Source of the DNA: Chiloscyllium plagiosum
Taxonomy: Eukaryota
Direction of reading: 5' to 3'
Assembly (NCBI RefSeq): GCF_004010195.1
Contig: NC_057728.1
Span: forward strand, 47,953,555-47,973,554
Length of the DNA stretch: 20,000 nt
Numbering within the stretch: position 1 is the first letter of the stretch; every line of letters starts with the position of its first letter. A program made the position numbers and the translations under genes. Positions 19,796 through 20,000 of the stretch are shown piece after piece. The notes beneath the pieces are model-generated. The model searched no databases. It was not told the DNA's origin and saw only the letters and a program-made list of their open reading frames with translations.

Positions 19796-20000
19796 TCCAC
19801 TCCCGGCACCTTCCCCTGCAACCGCAGGAGGTGCAAGACTTGCGCCCACACCTCCCCCCTCACCTCCCTCCAAGGCCCCAAAGGAAACTTCCATATCCGC
19901 CACAGATTCACCTGCACCTCCACACACATCATCTATTGCATCCTCTGCACCCGATGTGGCCTCCTCTATATTGGGGAGACAGGCAGGCTACTTGCGGAGC
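19796..20000 (+). mobile_element. Penelope-like element: Cys-rich linker and GIY-YIG endonuclease (5'-truncated, runs off the window)
   Basis: Open frame from 19799: TPGTFPCNRRRCKTCAHTSPLTSLQGPKGNFHIRHRFTCTSTHIIYCILCTRCGLLYIGETGRLLAE (C..RCKTC, IY...C..C...YIGET). Confidence 0.92.

Noticed and set aside
1..20000. Novel multi-gene system (e.g. an RT plus nuclease module)
   Set aside because: All RT, APE, esterase and GIY-YIG pieces are explained as independent decayed CR1/L2/Penelope insertions in a vertebrate genome.

Overview
Eukaryotic, repeat-rich non-coding DNA (intronic or intergenic), most likely from an elasmobranch (shark), judging by HE1/V-type SINEs, a SacSINE1-like Deu-SINE, CR1/HER1-type LINEs and Penelope-like elements (PLEs). 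Roughly half the window is nested retroelement debris. This includes several CR1 fragments (one decayed copy of about 2.6 kb with ORF1 esterase, endonuclease and RT remnants), an L2/CR1-group LINE, several SINEs, and a young but internally deleted PLE that spans a 486-N assembly gap. A GIY-YIG PLE fragment runs off the right edge. No complete host gene is recognisable. The most interesting unique sequence is an island at about 1750-2365 with a dense TGACAG (TALE-homeodomain) motif cluster and good splice/start signals, possibly an alternative first exon or enhancer of an unidentified large gene. I found no convincing novel multi-gene system. Family names come from recalled consensus features, not from database searches.
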